Counted from the stretch's first letter, positions 1 through 10,225 are shown. The stretch: 64,000 nt of DNA from Lama guanicoe (GCA_013239625.1 MU053487.1:1571058-1635057), one strand, 5' to 3'. The notes: generated by a model not told the origin, from the letters alone. Numbers and translations are program-made.

Positions 1-207
1 TTGGTTCTTTATAGCTTTTATTTCATTTTTGACATATTTTATATCTCTAAACACTATTTCTTTTAGTTCCTTCAGTACTTTGATCAATCCTTTTTTGAAA
101 TCTTGATCTAGTAGGCCATCAATGTCTATTTCCTTGAAAGTGCTTTCAGGAGATTTCTCTTGATCTTTTAATTGGGAGTGGTTCCTCTGCTTCTTCATAT
201 TGCTCAT
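1..207 (-). CDS. ORF1: LINE-1 ORF1p N-terminus (partial, open to the window edge)
   Basis: Hand translation from ATG 207: MSNMKKQRNHSQLKDQEKSPESTFKEIDIDGLLDQDFKKGLIKVLKELKEIVFRDIKYVKNEIKAIKNQ. 69 codons with no stop, resembling a laurasiatherian L1 ORF1 N-terminus leading into the coiled coil. Missing from the ORF track because its stop lies outside the window. Confidence 0.85.
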   Translation of the reverse strand, partial: MSNMKKQRNHSQLKDQEKSPESTFKEIDIDGLLDQDFKKGLIKVLKELKEIVFRDIKYVKNEIKAIKNQ

Positions 208-1335
208 ATCTCTCTGGCACTGTGGCCGGTGGGCGGGCGGGTTACTCCCCATCCTGATGCTCCAGTCAGATGCTGCACTCAGGCGAGGCAGGTGGGTGGA
301 TCGCACCCCCTCCCAGGACCGTGCTCAGGTGCTGTGTTTCTGCCAGGAAAGCGGGTGGCCGCCCGCCCTCTCCCGGCGCAGGTTGCTCTGCTGCTCTGTG
401 CAGCTGCCCGCTCTGCCTTGGGTCAGCACTCCGAAGGCAGGCTCAGGGAAGACCGGGTAACAGCCCTGCCCCTGCTCCGTGCCAAGTCTCAGCTCCTTGT
501 CTGTCTTGGTGGCGCAGTTTCTCTGAGGTGCCAGGGCAGAAAGATCCTATCTGCCTCGGGCTCTAAACAAGTCTCAGTCCTGCCTAGGAGGTTGCAGAGC
601 CCCCAGGTGCGGATTCAGGTCTCGGCCCTGCCCCTGCCTGGGTGCTGTGCACAGGAGGATATGGTGGCTGTGGCTGTGCCCCATCTCTCTTCTCGGGAGA
701 AGTGCCAGTAATGGTGCTGCAGGTCTGAGGAGACAAAGGCTGTGGTGCCCCTTCCCCCAGGGGACACCAACCTTGTTGCTTTGCTTTTTTCGCAATTTAT
801 GGGGGACCGAGGTAGTTCTGCTCCGTGTCCCCTCCCAGCCACGGTGCGCAGCCCCCTGCGGTCCCCTGGGGCTGCCTCAGTGCAGCCGCCCCAGTCCTCG
901 CCTGTCTTGGGCAGCCTGGCCCAGCCCCAGCTGCTGGTTTGCATCTCAGGCTGGGTGTCATGGCTACTCTTTGTGGCAGTTTAACTTACTTCTGTTGGTC
1001 AAAGGGTGCTCGGGGCAGATCTGAGCCTCGCAGGCTCCCCCTCCATCCCTCTGGCCTCTCCGTTGGTGGGGGGAGACCCAGCAAACGAGGACTATTCCTC
1101 CTTTGCCACTCCCTCCCAGCAAGATCGGTCCTGCACTGTTTCGTTTTTTCTTCTTTTTTCCTTTTCTCCTACCAGATGTTTGGCGTCTTTGTCTTTCAAA
1201 GAGGGCGATGTTCTGTCGGAGTTGGGCAGCTTCTCTGGTTGGCTGTGTGGGTCCGTAGATGTGAGTTTTGGTGTATTTGTGGGAGAGGGTGAGATACAAG
1301 CGTCCTTCTGCTCTGCTGTCTTGCTTCTCTCTCCC
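1..1335 (-). mobile_element. 5' portion of a relatively young LINE-1 (5'UTR plus start of ORF1), continuing off the left edge
   Basis: Minus strand starts GGGAGAGAGAAGCAAGACAGCAGAG (decayed CAAGATGGCGGAG L1 start), then ~1.1 kb of GC/CpG-rich UTR, then an A-rich open ORF1 frame from 207. The terminal ~100 nt resemble the L1 5' ends at 21.2 kb and 63.4 kb. Confidence 0.9.
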
Positions 1336-1439
1336 AATAAGCATGATCTTACATTTTTAAGTTCTTCTTCATGCTATTTTCCTTTATAAAATTCTTACAT
1401 TTCTCCTATTGCTCAAGTGATATATGCTCTTTTCTCTAC

Positions 1440-1500
1440 TGATTTGTAAATTATCAATTGTATTTTTTATGTTGATTTGTAAATTATCAATCTTATTTTA
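1440..1500. repeat. 33-bp-period tandem duplication
   Basis: TGATTTGTAAATTATCAAT is identical at 1440-1458 and 1473-1491. Confidence 0.85.
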
Positions 1501-2266
1501 TATATTTTAGTAAGAGTTACTTTTAATATAAAAGCAAGATGCTTATATACCTATGTATTTCTACAAGTATCAACAGTAATTGATCACTTAAATTTACTCT
1601 TTTTTCACATTATACTTCCCTATGGCAATTTTCCACATTTAGTGTAAGAATGTGGGATTTCACATAAGATTATTTTCATATTTTCTGCTTCCTGTATATT
1701 TTCTTTCAGACATTATGTCTTATACTTCTGTGGTCTCATACATGATTAACAAATAATAAAATATTAGTTCTGTTTTTATAGCTTTTGTTGTCCATGGTTC
1801 TTTTTACCCCCAATGCTCTGTGTTCCCCATTTGTAATATTTTTGTTTTGATTTAATCCTTTTGCCCACTGTATTACTTCAGGTAACTCAGAAAAGGAATG
1901 AGAATAGTAAGTTATTCAAACTCTTGTATAACTTTGAATTTTTTCTCTACTTGGCATAAAAGTAACAGCTTATTTGCTATAGTTTTATCCCTCAGAATTC
2001 ATGAAAGTTTCTGCTTTTTTTTTTTAAAGTAGTACTTAGTGTTGCAGAAAATTTTTGTTGTTAACAGTTCTTCCCTTTTTCATTGCACACGGTCTGGCAA
2101 TAATCAGTTTTTTTTAGTTGGTGTGTCTCTGTTGGGGTTGGATGTGTGTGTGTGTGTTTTCCTGTGTAGATACTTAAAGGAAAAAATGAGAATTTTTCTA
2201 AATGTTAATGTGTGTTAGTCTCTTTTTCCGCATTTTGCCTGAATTTTAGCAATTTCTATTAATAAA

Positions 2267-2745
2267 TGTTGTGGGATCTGGCAGTGGTGGCCAGTCAGTG
2301 ACATGGTGATGCATAGGTTAGTAAAAGAAGTTACCAGAGATAACGTATGGGAATAGAAAGGAGTATATTAGGGTGCACTGTCATAAACAGCGAGCCACAC
2401 AGATGAGGGATGCCTGTGTGAGCCCCAAGGGCTGTTTATGGGGGTGTCTTATAAGGTAGGGTCACAAGGTGCCTGATTGCCTTGTGCACTAGTCTCTGGT
2501 TGGTTGTAGGTGAGGTAAGAGGGTTAGGGTCAGTAGAGCAGTGGGGTTTATGACTCTGATGTTGTTGAGCTAAAACAAGCCAGCCTGAGCTATTGTGAGA
2601 TTAGGGGTGACCCAGGGTTACTAGTTTGTTAGGGCAAGCATGCCCAGTAGAGAATGTATTTTATCTGTTGAGGGATCACAGGCAGACAGCTGAGAGCCGA
2701 GGAATCGGGGTCGTTGGACTTGGAAGGATCTCAGTTAGCCCAGCA
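2267..2745 (-). mobile_element. Solo LTR, probably ERVL class (5-bp TSD)
   Basis: TG...CA termini; TSD ATAAA at 2262-2266 and 2746-2750; homologous along its length to 8081-8485. Confidence 0.9.
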
Positions 2746-3070
2746 ATAAACACATCTATTTTTATCCTCAGAAATGTTCAGTATTATTTATTTGAATATT
2801 TATTTTCTTCTATCTTCTTTACATATTTTTTCATTACATGCTCACACTGGCCTTAAAAGCAGATTTCACATTGCCCTTTACAGACTAGTGAACTGAAGCA
2901 CAGAGAATTTTACAACTCTCCCCAACTGATCAAACTACAGTCTTTCTCTCTTTTCTATGAGAAAAGGAATATATTCAGTTAACATGTTTTAAAAATATAT
3001 ATCTATGGGAAAAGTAAAGCTCAGGGGGTAATTTGTGTTAAGCAGTGTCACACAGTATATTGGGGGAAGG

Positions 3071-3608
3071 AGGAGATGGGAAAGGAGGGATGGGGGCAGG
3101 GCACAACCAAGGAATGGCACAGCAACTGAAGAATCCACTCCCAGCAGACCAAGGGCCAAGATGACGGGAGAGCTGCCTCCCAGTAGACCTTGAGCTTCAT
3201 TATACGCTCGCTGTCATATATTAGCAGCTAAATGACACACCCACAGGCGTCATCACAGTTCCCAGGTTGACCATAAAAGACCAGAAAGTGGGTGATGGCC
3301 CAATTCCTGGGAATCCTCGCCCTCTCCCCAAAGTAGTTGGAAAAATTCTCCCATTTGTCAGCATATGAAGCTACCGAGCCCGTAAAAACTAGCAACCCTG
3401 CACCTCATGGTCACTCTGTTGTGTATTTGAGACGACCCACACTCTGTCTATGGTGTGTGCATCTCTCTGAATAAATCTACTTTTACTCAACTATGGCTTG
3501 CTCTTGAATTATTTCCTGCGCAAAGCCAAGGACCCTCACTTGATGGGGTGCATCCCAGGGATTCGCCTGGGACCTGGCCATCCTCTCATGCCCAATTTTC
3601 CTGTATCA
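3071..3608 (+). mobile_element. MER41-like ERV1 solo LTR
   Basis: MER41-type blocks (CCAAGATGACG, CACACCCACAGGCGTCATCACAGTT, CTCTGTCTATGG, AATAAA...CAAGGACCCTC); ends TTTCCTGTATCA; reverse-complement homologue of 6897-7478. Left end approximate. Confidence 0.85.
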
Positions 3609-4739
3609 CTGTAGCTCTCTAAACATGGGGCTATCTTTTCCAATATTTCTCATTTTTCTAATATGTAGTATTTTCTTAAAATTTATTTTTCTGAAGTGAG
3701 CCACAGGAGGGAAACTTGATTTTCACAGCTCAAAAGGGATGCATCTGAGGATGCACCTTGGAGACTGGCAGCCTCAGTGGATGGGACTCCCACATCACCT
3801 GCAAGGAAAACAATCACTTGTGAATTCCCCTGCATGCAGCTCTGCAGCATGCTCCTAAAGGCAGGCTGTTCTTTTTTAATCAGGAGTCTTTCCGATGGCA
3901 AAGCAGTCATCAGCTTATGCAAATTCCTGTGGGTACAGAAAAAGGGACCTTTTAAGCTGCCTATTACTTTATTATTGCTGAAGGAAAGAAAAGAGAAGCG
4001 AGAAGGCAGAGGGGATGGGGAGAATTAAGGATCTAATAACAGTGAGAGCTCGCTGCCCAGGTTGTGTCTCTTGCTGTGTTTGAATGATTTTTCTTTGTCG
4101 ACAGCCTAGCACTTGGCTATTTTTAGCATCTCTTTAATAATTGAGCTGTAGCAATTGTGCTCAGCAGCTGGAACAGGCTGGGAAAATAGCAGCTCAAAGA
4201 AATAGTGCAGCCGGGTCATTATTTAAGTCAAGCTACATTAGGAGGCTTACCTTTCTCAAAGGTAGAATGCTGAGGTGCAGGGGAAAAAAAAGTTGAGAAG
4301 AGTTGAAAGAGAGAAAGGCACAAAGAAGTGGTAGATAGGGGGTGTTTTGTTTTTCTATTTTTTTAAAAACAAGCCTGAGAAGATGCCCTGTTGGATGGAT
4401 ACTTTTGATTGTAAAGAATGTGGAGCAGGAGGGCCTTGCTCCTTATGTGGCAAACAGGGTGGAGAAACTGAGGTTTCCAGCAGAACTGATGCTGCCCTCA
4501 TTCCCAGGGCAGGACAGAAAAAGGACATTCCTGCAGGACACCAGGGACCTGAGACAGGGTACGTGGCATGAAGCTAAAAAGTTGGAAGAGGAAATTTGAT
4601 CACTGATGGAGCAACCAACTGATGAGGAAGGGGTGACTTCAGGTTCTCTGATGTTTTTCTATCCTGGATGGCGGTGGGCCAGCAGTACACACTTTTGGAA
4701 GATACAATTAGATTTTTCGAAGTCAAGTTCTCAGCACTA

Positions 4740-5790
4740 TGATTAAATATCTGATTCAGGTCCTTCAGGCAGTAGGTGTAGGCACACCCTACACCTCACG
4801 TCACCAAACTTTTTGACTTGGCATTGCTGGCTTTCTTCCAGGAAGGACCCACTAAGCCCAAAGTGACATGGACACTTACCAAATGGAGACTTACTAAGGG
4901 CCCACATGCCTGATCCTGGAGATACTCAGCCTGAGTAATTCAGGCAATCTAAACAAACAACGTAAATGGTAAAGGGTGTCGCACCCTCTCCCCCAGGGAC
5001 CTCTGCTTGTTGCTCTCTGAAGTACCCAGGTAACAGTGTCCAGTGTACATTTCCGGAGTTGTTTTATAGGTGCTAAAACCCCCGTCAAGTGGAAGAAGTT
5101 AACTACTTGATGACCATGAGCACATACCCCCCAGGCCTACTGGCTCCTGAGGATTGAGAATGGTAACCCCTGTGACAGTGCCCTGTTACCTGGCCATCAG
5201 CCAGTCAGAAAATTGTGTATGAGCTGATCACATATCCTGTGACTCCACTCCCTCGTCTTGGCTTGAAAAATGCCTCCCTTTCAAAAATATTATATATCAC
5301 TTATATGTGGAATCTAAACACACAGACACACACAAATGAACTTATTTACAAAACATTAACAAACTCACAGACATAGAAAACAAACTTATTGTTACCAGGG
5401 GGCATAAAGTGGGGGAGGGGTAAATTAGGAGTTTGAGATTTGCAGACACTAAGTACTATATATAAAATAAACAAACAACAAGGTCCTACTGTATAGCACC
5501 GGGAACTATATTCAATATAATGAAAAAGAATATATTTATGTGCATGTATGACTGAGACATTATACTGTACACCAGAAATTGACACAACATTGTAAGCTGA
5601 GTAAATTTCAATTAAAAAAAACGCCGCCCTGAAACCCATCAGGGAGTTTGGCTTTTTAAAGAAATAGCTGCCTGGACTCCTTGTCTGGTGCCTTACAATA
5701 AACACTGCATTTTCCTTCACAGCCCAGAGTCAGTAGATTGGCTTTACTGCACATGGGTGGGTGAGTGGAACCAAGTTTGATTTGGTAGCA
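4740..5790 (+). mobile_element. ERV1-type LTR interrupted by an L1 fragment
   Basis: AATAAA at ~5697 and a U5-like end GGAACCAAGTTTGATTTGGTAGCA; sequence is continuous across the L1 TSD; 3' half resembles 10540-10766. Left boundary uncertain. Confidence 0.7.
5280..5616 (+). mobile_element. 5'-truncated L1 (3'UTR plus A-tail), cetartiodactyl/camelid type
   Basis: TCACTTATATGTGGAATCTAAA...CTGTACACCAGAAATTGACACAACATTGTAA...A-tail; TSD AAAAATGCCTCCCT (5266-5279) / AAAAACGCCGCCCT (5617-5630). Confidence 0.92.
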
Positions 5791-5819
5791 GAATTGCTTC
5801 TGTCCTCCTTTTTTCTAGT

Positions 5820-5972
5820 TGTGTGTGTGTGTGTGTGCGCGTGCGCGTACACGCACATATGTATTTCAGGTTTTTTCCATTCTAGATTATTACAAAACGC
5901 GTGCGCGTACACACACACATATGTACACGCACATATGTATTTCAGGTTTTTTCCATTCTAGATTATTACAAA
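5820..5972. repeat. (TG)n/alternating purine-pyrimidine tract plus perfect 50-bp tandem duplication
   Basis: 5847-5896 is identical to 5923-5972; CGCGTGCGCGTACAC occurs at 5838 and 5898. Confidence 0.92.
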
Positions 5973-6149
5973 CTGTTGAATACTGCTCCCTGTGTTATCC
6001 AGTACACCCTTGTTTATTTTATGTGTTGTAGTCTGTATCTGTTGATCTCAAACTCCTAATTTATCCCTTCCCCCACTCCCTCTGCCCTTTGGTAACCATA
6101 GCTTGTTTTTATGTCTGTGAGTCTCTTTCTGTTTCGGATATAAATTCAT
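5860..6149 (-). mobile_element. L1 3'UTR fragment
   Basis: ATCTCAAACTCCTAATTTATCCC, GGTAACCATAG and TATGTCTGTGAGTC are the reverse complement of motifs in 5335-5460. Confidence 0.88.
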
Positions 6150-6896
6150 ATAGCTTCTGTACCCTTTTGGGGAGGCAGAGAATGCTAAAGATTGACCAGG
6201 TTGTGAGTTTTCTTCCTCAGCACATCATATGTTTTGCCTCTTGCATTTCCCCCTTTGCCCTTCTCTTTGCTGTATCTTGTCTTCATTACCCACTTGTTTT
6301 CCTTGCCTACCTTCCTTCCTTCTTCACTGCACTTCTCTCTGCCTTTTTGTTTCCCTCCTGCTTTCCAGCGGGGTTGTAGGCTGGAGCCCTTTCTAGGCTG
6401 AGCTGGGTTGGTGTGACATTCCATCCAGTAGAGGTCAATGTGACAGAGGAATTTCCATGTCTACCCAGGCGAATACCCAGCCCATCAGCACAATGTAGGG
6501 AAGATGAGTGGCCCAGGATTGCTTCCCTATGGGCACCTGTGTCCTTTCATGAACAAACTAGCCATTTGCTTTAAAACCAGTTTTCAGGAACTTTGAAACA
6601 GAAAGACAGGGTAAGAAGAAATACATTTCATGAATTCCTTAAACCTCAGGGTAATTGTTAAGTCATGCTTTTTTCTAAATAGAAAAAAAACCAAAAAACA
6701 AAAAGACCAGAAGGAAAGGTGGAAAGGTCTGTTTAAAAAGGTCTGTCCTGACATACAGATGTAAATGCCTGACATATACTTCAGGTTGTCAGGATATCAA
6801 AAAAAAAAAAAAGTAATAAACTTAAACAGCCAAAAGAATCAAGTTGTATCAGGGTAAAATCTGGCACATATCAGAATTCGCTTTTTCATATCAATT

Positions 6897-7478
6897 TGAT
6901 ACAGGAAAATGAGGCGTGAAAGGATAGCCACGACCCAGGCCCCAGGCGAGTCCATGGTATGCGCCCCATCGAAGGTCCTTGGCTTTGTACAGGAAAGAAT
7001 TCAAGAGTGAGCCAAGGTAGAGTGAAGGCAGATTAATTCTGAGAGATGCACGCTCCATAGACAGGATGCAGGCTGTCTCAGGAAGCCAGAGAGGCCACAA
7101 GGCATGGGTGTGGTTGTTTAAAGTAAAATAGAGCATGGGCCTTCTCAGAAGCAAGAGAGAGCGACCATGAGGTGCGGGGTTGTTAGTTATTAGGGGCTCG
7201 GTAGTTTCATATGCTAAAAAGTGGGAGAATTTTTCTAACGACTTTGGAGAAGGGGAGGGAATTCCCTGGAATTGGGCCACTGCGCACTTTCTGGCCTTTA
7301 ATGGTCAGCCTGGGAACTGTCATGGCACCTGTGGGTGTGTCATTTATCTGCTAATATATGACAGTGAGCGTATAATGAGACTCCCGGTCTACTGGCAGTG
7401 GAATCTTCTGCCATCTTTGTGCTAATAGCTGTGTCATTCTTTGAATGGTTGTGCCCTTCCCCCTCTCCTTCTGTCTCA
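6897..7478 (-). mobile_element. MER41-like ERV1 solo LTR
   Basis: TGATACAGGAAAAT...CTGTCTCA; 4-bp TSD AATT at 6893-6896 and 7479-7482; homologous to 3071-3608. Confidence 0.92.
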
Positions 7479-7558
7479 AATTTGTTCTATAATAATTGGT
7501 ATGTAACGGAGGAACAACTGGATAGATTGCTTGACTGAAAAACACTTTCAGTAGAAAC

Positions 7559-8067
7559 TGTTGACTGAAAAAAATAATTACACAATGTGAAGGTTATGAG
7601 TTAAGTTTTATTTGGAGCAAAATGAGGACTACAGCCCAGGAGACCAACTCTCAGAAAGCTCTGAGGAACTTCTCCAAAGAGGCAAGAGGGGAGGTTGGTA
7701 TATATGTGATTTGGGTGAAGCAGGTGGCGGGTAGGGGGAGCATGTGTAATCAGGCACGCATTTTAGCAGAAAGTTGCTGCTCATGACAGAAAGGTCGCTG
7801 CCAGTCACAAGGAGCAGATGTCTCCAGTAATGATTTTAGTGCTTTCCTAGATATGAGGAGATGCAAGAAATTGGGCTCATAAAATCTTGTCCTGAAAATA
7901 TCCGATATCTGAAGGCCTGTTCTGCCACTCTTTCCCAGCACACATAGTGCCTCATTCCTGATCTTTGCCCTGAACTCCTTTCAGGGAGTGTTGAAGGTCA
8001 GCAACTGTGGCGGCTGGTGACTTCATTCTTGTAGTGCCAGAGGACAAGTGGCAATCTTCAGTTGGCA
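7559..8067 (-). mobile_element. ERV1-type solo LTR
   Basis: TG...CA termini; TSD AAAC/ATAC (3 of 4); TTTATT (minus-strand polyA signal) at ~7607; first ~150 bp homologous to 37097-37240. Confidence 0.85.
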
Positions 8068-8080
8068 ATACAAAGAGGAC

Positions 8081-8485
8081 TATTGTGGGACACAGTGGGG
8101 TAGCCAGTGACATTCAGGTTGATAAAATAATTTACCAGAGATAAAAATATGGGAGTAGAAAAGAGTTTATCAGGGTGCACTGTCGTAGACACCAGTGGGC
8201 CACGCAGATGAGGGGCGCCTGTGTAAGCGCCGAGGGCTGGTTGTTGGGGTCTTTTATAAAGGAGGGTCACAAGGTGCCTGATCAGCTTGTGCACAAGTCT
8301 CTGATTGGTTCCAAGTGAGGTAAGAGGTTTAGGGTCTGTGCAGGGCAGTGGGGTTTATGATTCTGAAAAGGTAGGCATTACCTGGGGTGTTTGTTAGGGG
8401 AAACATGCCCAGTAAAGAAAGTCAGACATCTGAGAGCCCAGGAGTGGGGGTCATTGGACTCTGAAGGATGTCAGTTGACCCAACA
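8081..8485 (-). mobile_element. Solo LTR of the same ERVL-class family as 2267-2745
   Basis: TSD AGGAC at 8076-8080 and 8486-8490; shares GGGTGCACTGTC and GGGTCACAAGGTGCCTGAT; ~75 bp shorter internally. Confidence 0.9.
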
Positions 8486-8518
8486 AGGACTAGGGGATAT
8501 GTGTAGGATTGTCTTTGG

Positions 8519-8608
8519 AGTGTGTGTGTGTGTGTGTGTTTCTGTCTGTGAGTGGCTCAGTGCAGCAAGCTTGCAGGTGCTGTCTGCTGGCAGGCAGGCA
8601 GGCAGGCA
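8519..8608. repeat. (TG)n and (GGCA)n microsatellites
   Basis: Directly visible at ~8519-8539 and ~8589-8608. Confidence 0.85.
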
Positions 8609-8812
8609 GAGATCCCCAGTACCACTACACTTGCAGACATTTAGGAGAATGCCAGCTTTCAACTTCACAGACTTGGGAAAGGTCCACTGCAGTAGCCAAT
8701 TGGATCCATGAAATTGAAAATGCGATCTGATGCGTTGGGAGGGATTAGAGTTTCAGAGGGGGAACTTGTCCTCTCAACTCCCTGACTCCAGCCACAGAAT
8801 TCAGTTGCACCC

Positions 8813-9858
8813 TATATCACTTTCCTAGCTTCCTGTACAGATAGCCATACACTTAGTGACTTAAAACAACAGGAATTTATGTTACACTTTTGGAGGCAAG
8901 AAGTCCAAAATCAGTATCACTTGGCCTAAATCAAGCTGTTGGCAGGGCTGAGTTCCCTCCAGAATCTCCAGGGGGGTTGGTAGGGGACGAACTCTGTTCT
9001 ATGCATCTCTTCCAACTTCTGGTGGCTCTTGGCTTTCCTTATTTTGTCATAATTCATTCATATCTCTGTCTCCATGGTTGTGTAGGGGAGCCAAATTTGT
9101 CACCCCCAAATTTGTGTCTTTGGCATAAGAATCAACTTGGGCTGATTATTTTTAAGAAATAGAAGACTCAGGAAGTCGTTCTTTCTACCTCCCCCTAATC
9201 TGCCTAAAGATTTTAGATAAAGGGCCTATTCCCAGAATACAGAGTTATCACAAGAGTTATCTGCAAAGGGCCACCAAGTGTGGTGGGGGAAACCTGGCAG
9301 GGCTTAGAGATCAGAGTCCACTGTGTGGCCCAGCAAACGTTAATTTACCAAACATGTGCTTTCCCATCTCCATGTGAATTGCCTTCTTCCCCTTTTGAAG
9401 TCCCAAACCACTACCCTCAACATCCTCTTTTGTCTTTAGCTGAAGATGGTATTTGAGTGATTTGTCCATTTTGGCGAGTTACTCAGTTTTCCTGGGTCTC
9501 TCCCCTGTATAAATGTTATTAAAGTTTTGTTTGATTTTCTCCTATTAATCTGTTTCATCAGTTTAATTCTGAGACACATCAGAAGAACCTAGAAGGATAG
9601 AAGAAACTTTCTTCCTCCTTGAACAGTTGCATTGCCTCCCCTTCTGTCAGATTTCTCTGTGTCACTCTTATAAGGACAATTGTCATTGAATTTAGGGCCC
9701 ATTCAGATAATTCAGGATAATTTCCCCATCTCAAGATCCTTAACTTAGCTGTATCTGCAAAGCTTCTTTTTCCTAAGTAAGGTAATGTTAATGGGGGATA
9801 GAATGTGGACCTGTCTTTTGGGAGGGCCACTAGCAGGACCGCTAGACAGCCCACTACA
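8813..9858 (-). mobile_element. MaLR LTR (MLT1C/D-like), split by a nested LTR
   Basis: CTTAAAACAACAGGAATTTAT, GGAGGCAAGAAGTCCAAAATCA, CTTATAAGGACA...TTTAGGGCCCA, ATCTCAAGATCCTTAACTT. Confidence 0.85.
9081..9625 (+). mobile_element. MER34-like ERV1 solo LTR nested in MLT1
   Basis: TGTAGGGGAG...CCTCCTTGAACA; perfect TSD GTTG at 9077-9080 and 9626-9629; ATTAAA at ~9518. Confidence 0.88.
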
Positions 9859-9959
9859 CACCTTCTGTCGGATAAACGCCCGGGTCCTCAGATCCACGCA
9901 GACACCACAACACTCTGAGACATGTTACTTTACTGGGGTTGTTCTTTATATGATGATGA

Positions 9960-10225
9960 TGATAACAAAAGCAGCTAATACTTCCTGCACTGTGCACATG
10001 CAAGAGGGTTATGTTTTAAGCTGAAACATGTGAAATTGCTAACATTTGTCAGCTTTTGACTCAGAAGCAGCAGTTTCATTTGGTTTATTCACATAACTTC
10101 ACTCATTTAAAACTCATATTTATTTCATTAGAAACCTAGTATTATTACCCCCATTTTACAGAAAAAAGGAGCTGAGGTAGAGGATGTTTGGGGACACTGA
10201 GAGTCATAGAGGTAATTGTTAGTAA
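9960..10225 (-). mobile_element. MIR SINE interrupted by a MITE
   Basis: Core ATTATTACCCCCATTTTACAGA...GCTGAGG. Confidence 0.7.
10016..10093. mobile_element. MADE2-like mariner MITE (~80 bp)
   Basis: Imperfect TIRs TTAAGCTGAAACATGTGAAATTGCT ... AGCAGTTTCATTTGGTTTATTCAC, resembling the MADE2 TIR TTAGGTTGAACCATATGAAATTGC. Confidence 0.75.

Noticed and set aside
172..1024. Overlapping 73-179 aa ORFs in the ORF track
   Set aside because: They arise from the GC-rich L1 5'UTR, mostly use non-ATG starts and show no recognisable domain.
3071..7478. MER41-like pair as a provirus, or as TIRs of one large element
   Set aside because: They are in opposite orientation and diverged, and the right copy has its own AATT TSD.
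2267..8485. Same-orientation LTR pair 6.2 kb apart, suggestive of a full provirus
   Set aside because: Each LTR has its own distinct TSD (ATAAA versus AGGAC), and I see no PBS or gag/pol/env remnants between them. They are independent solo LTRs.
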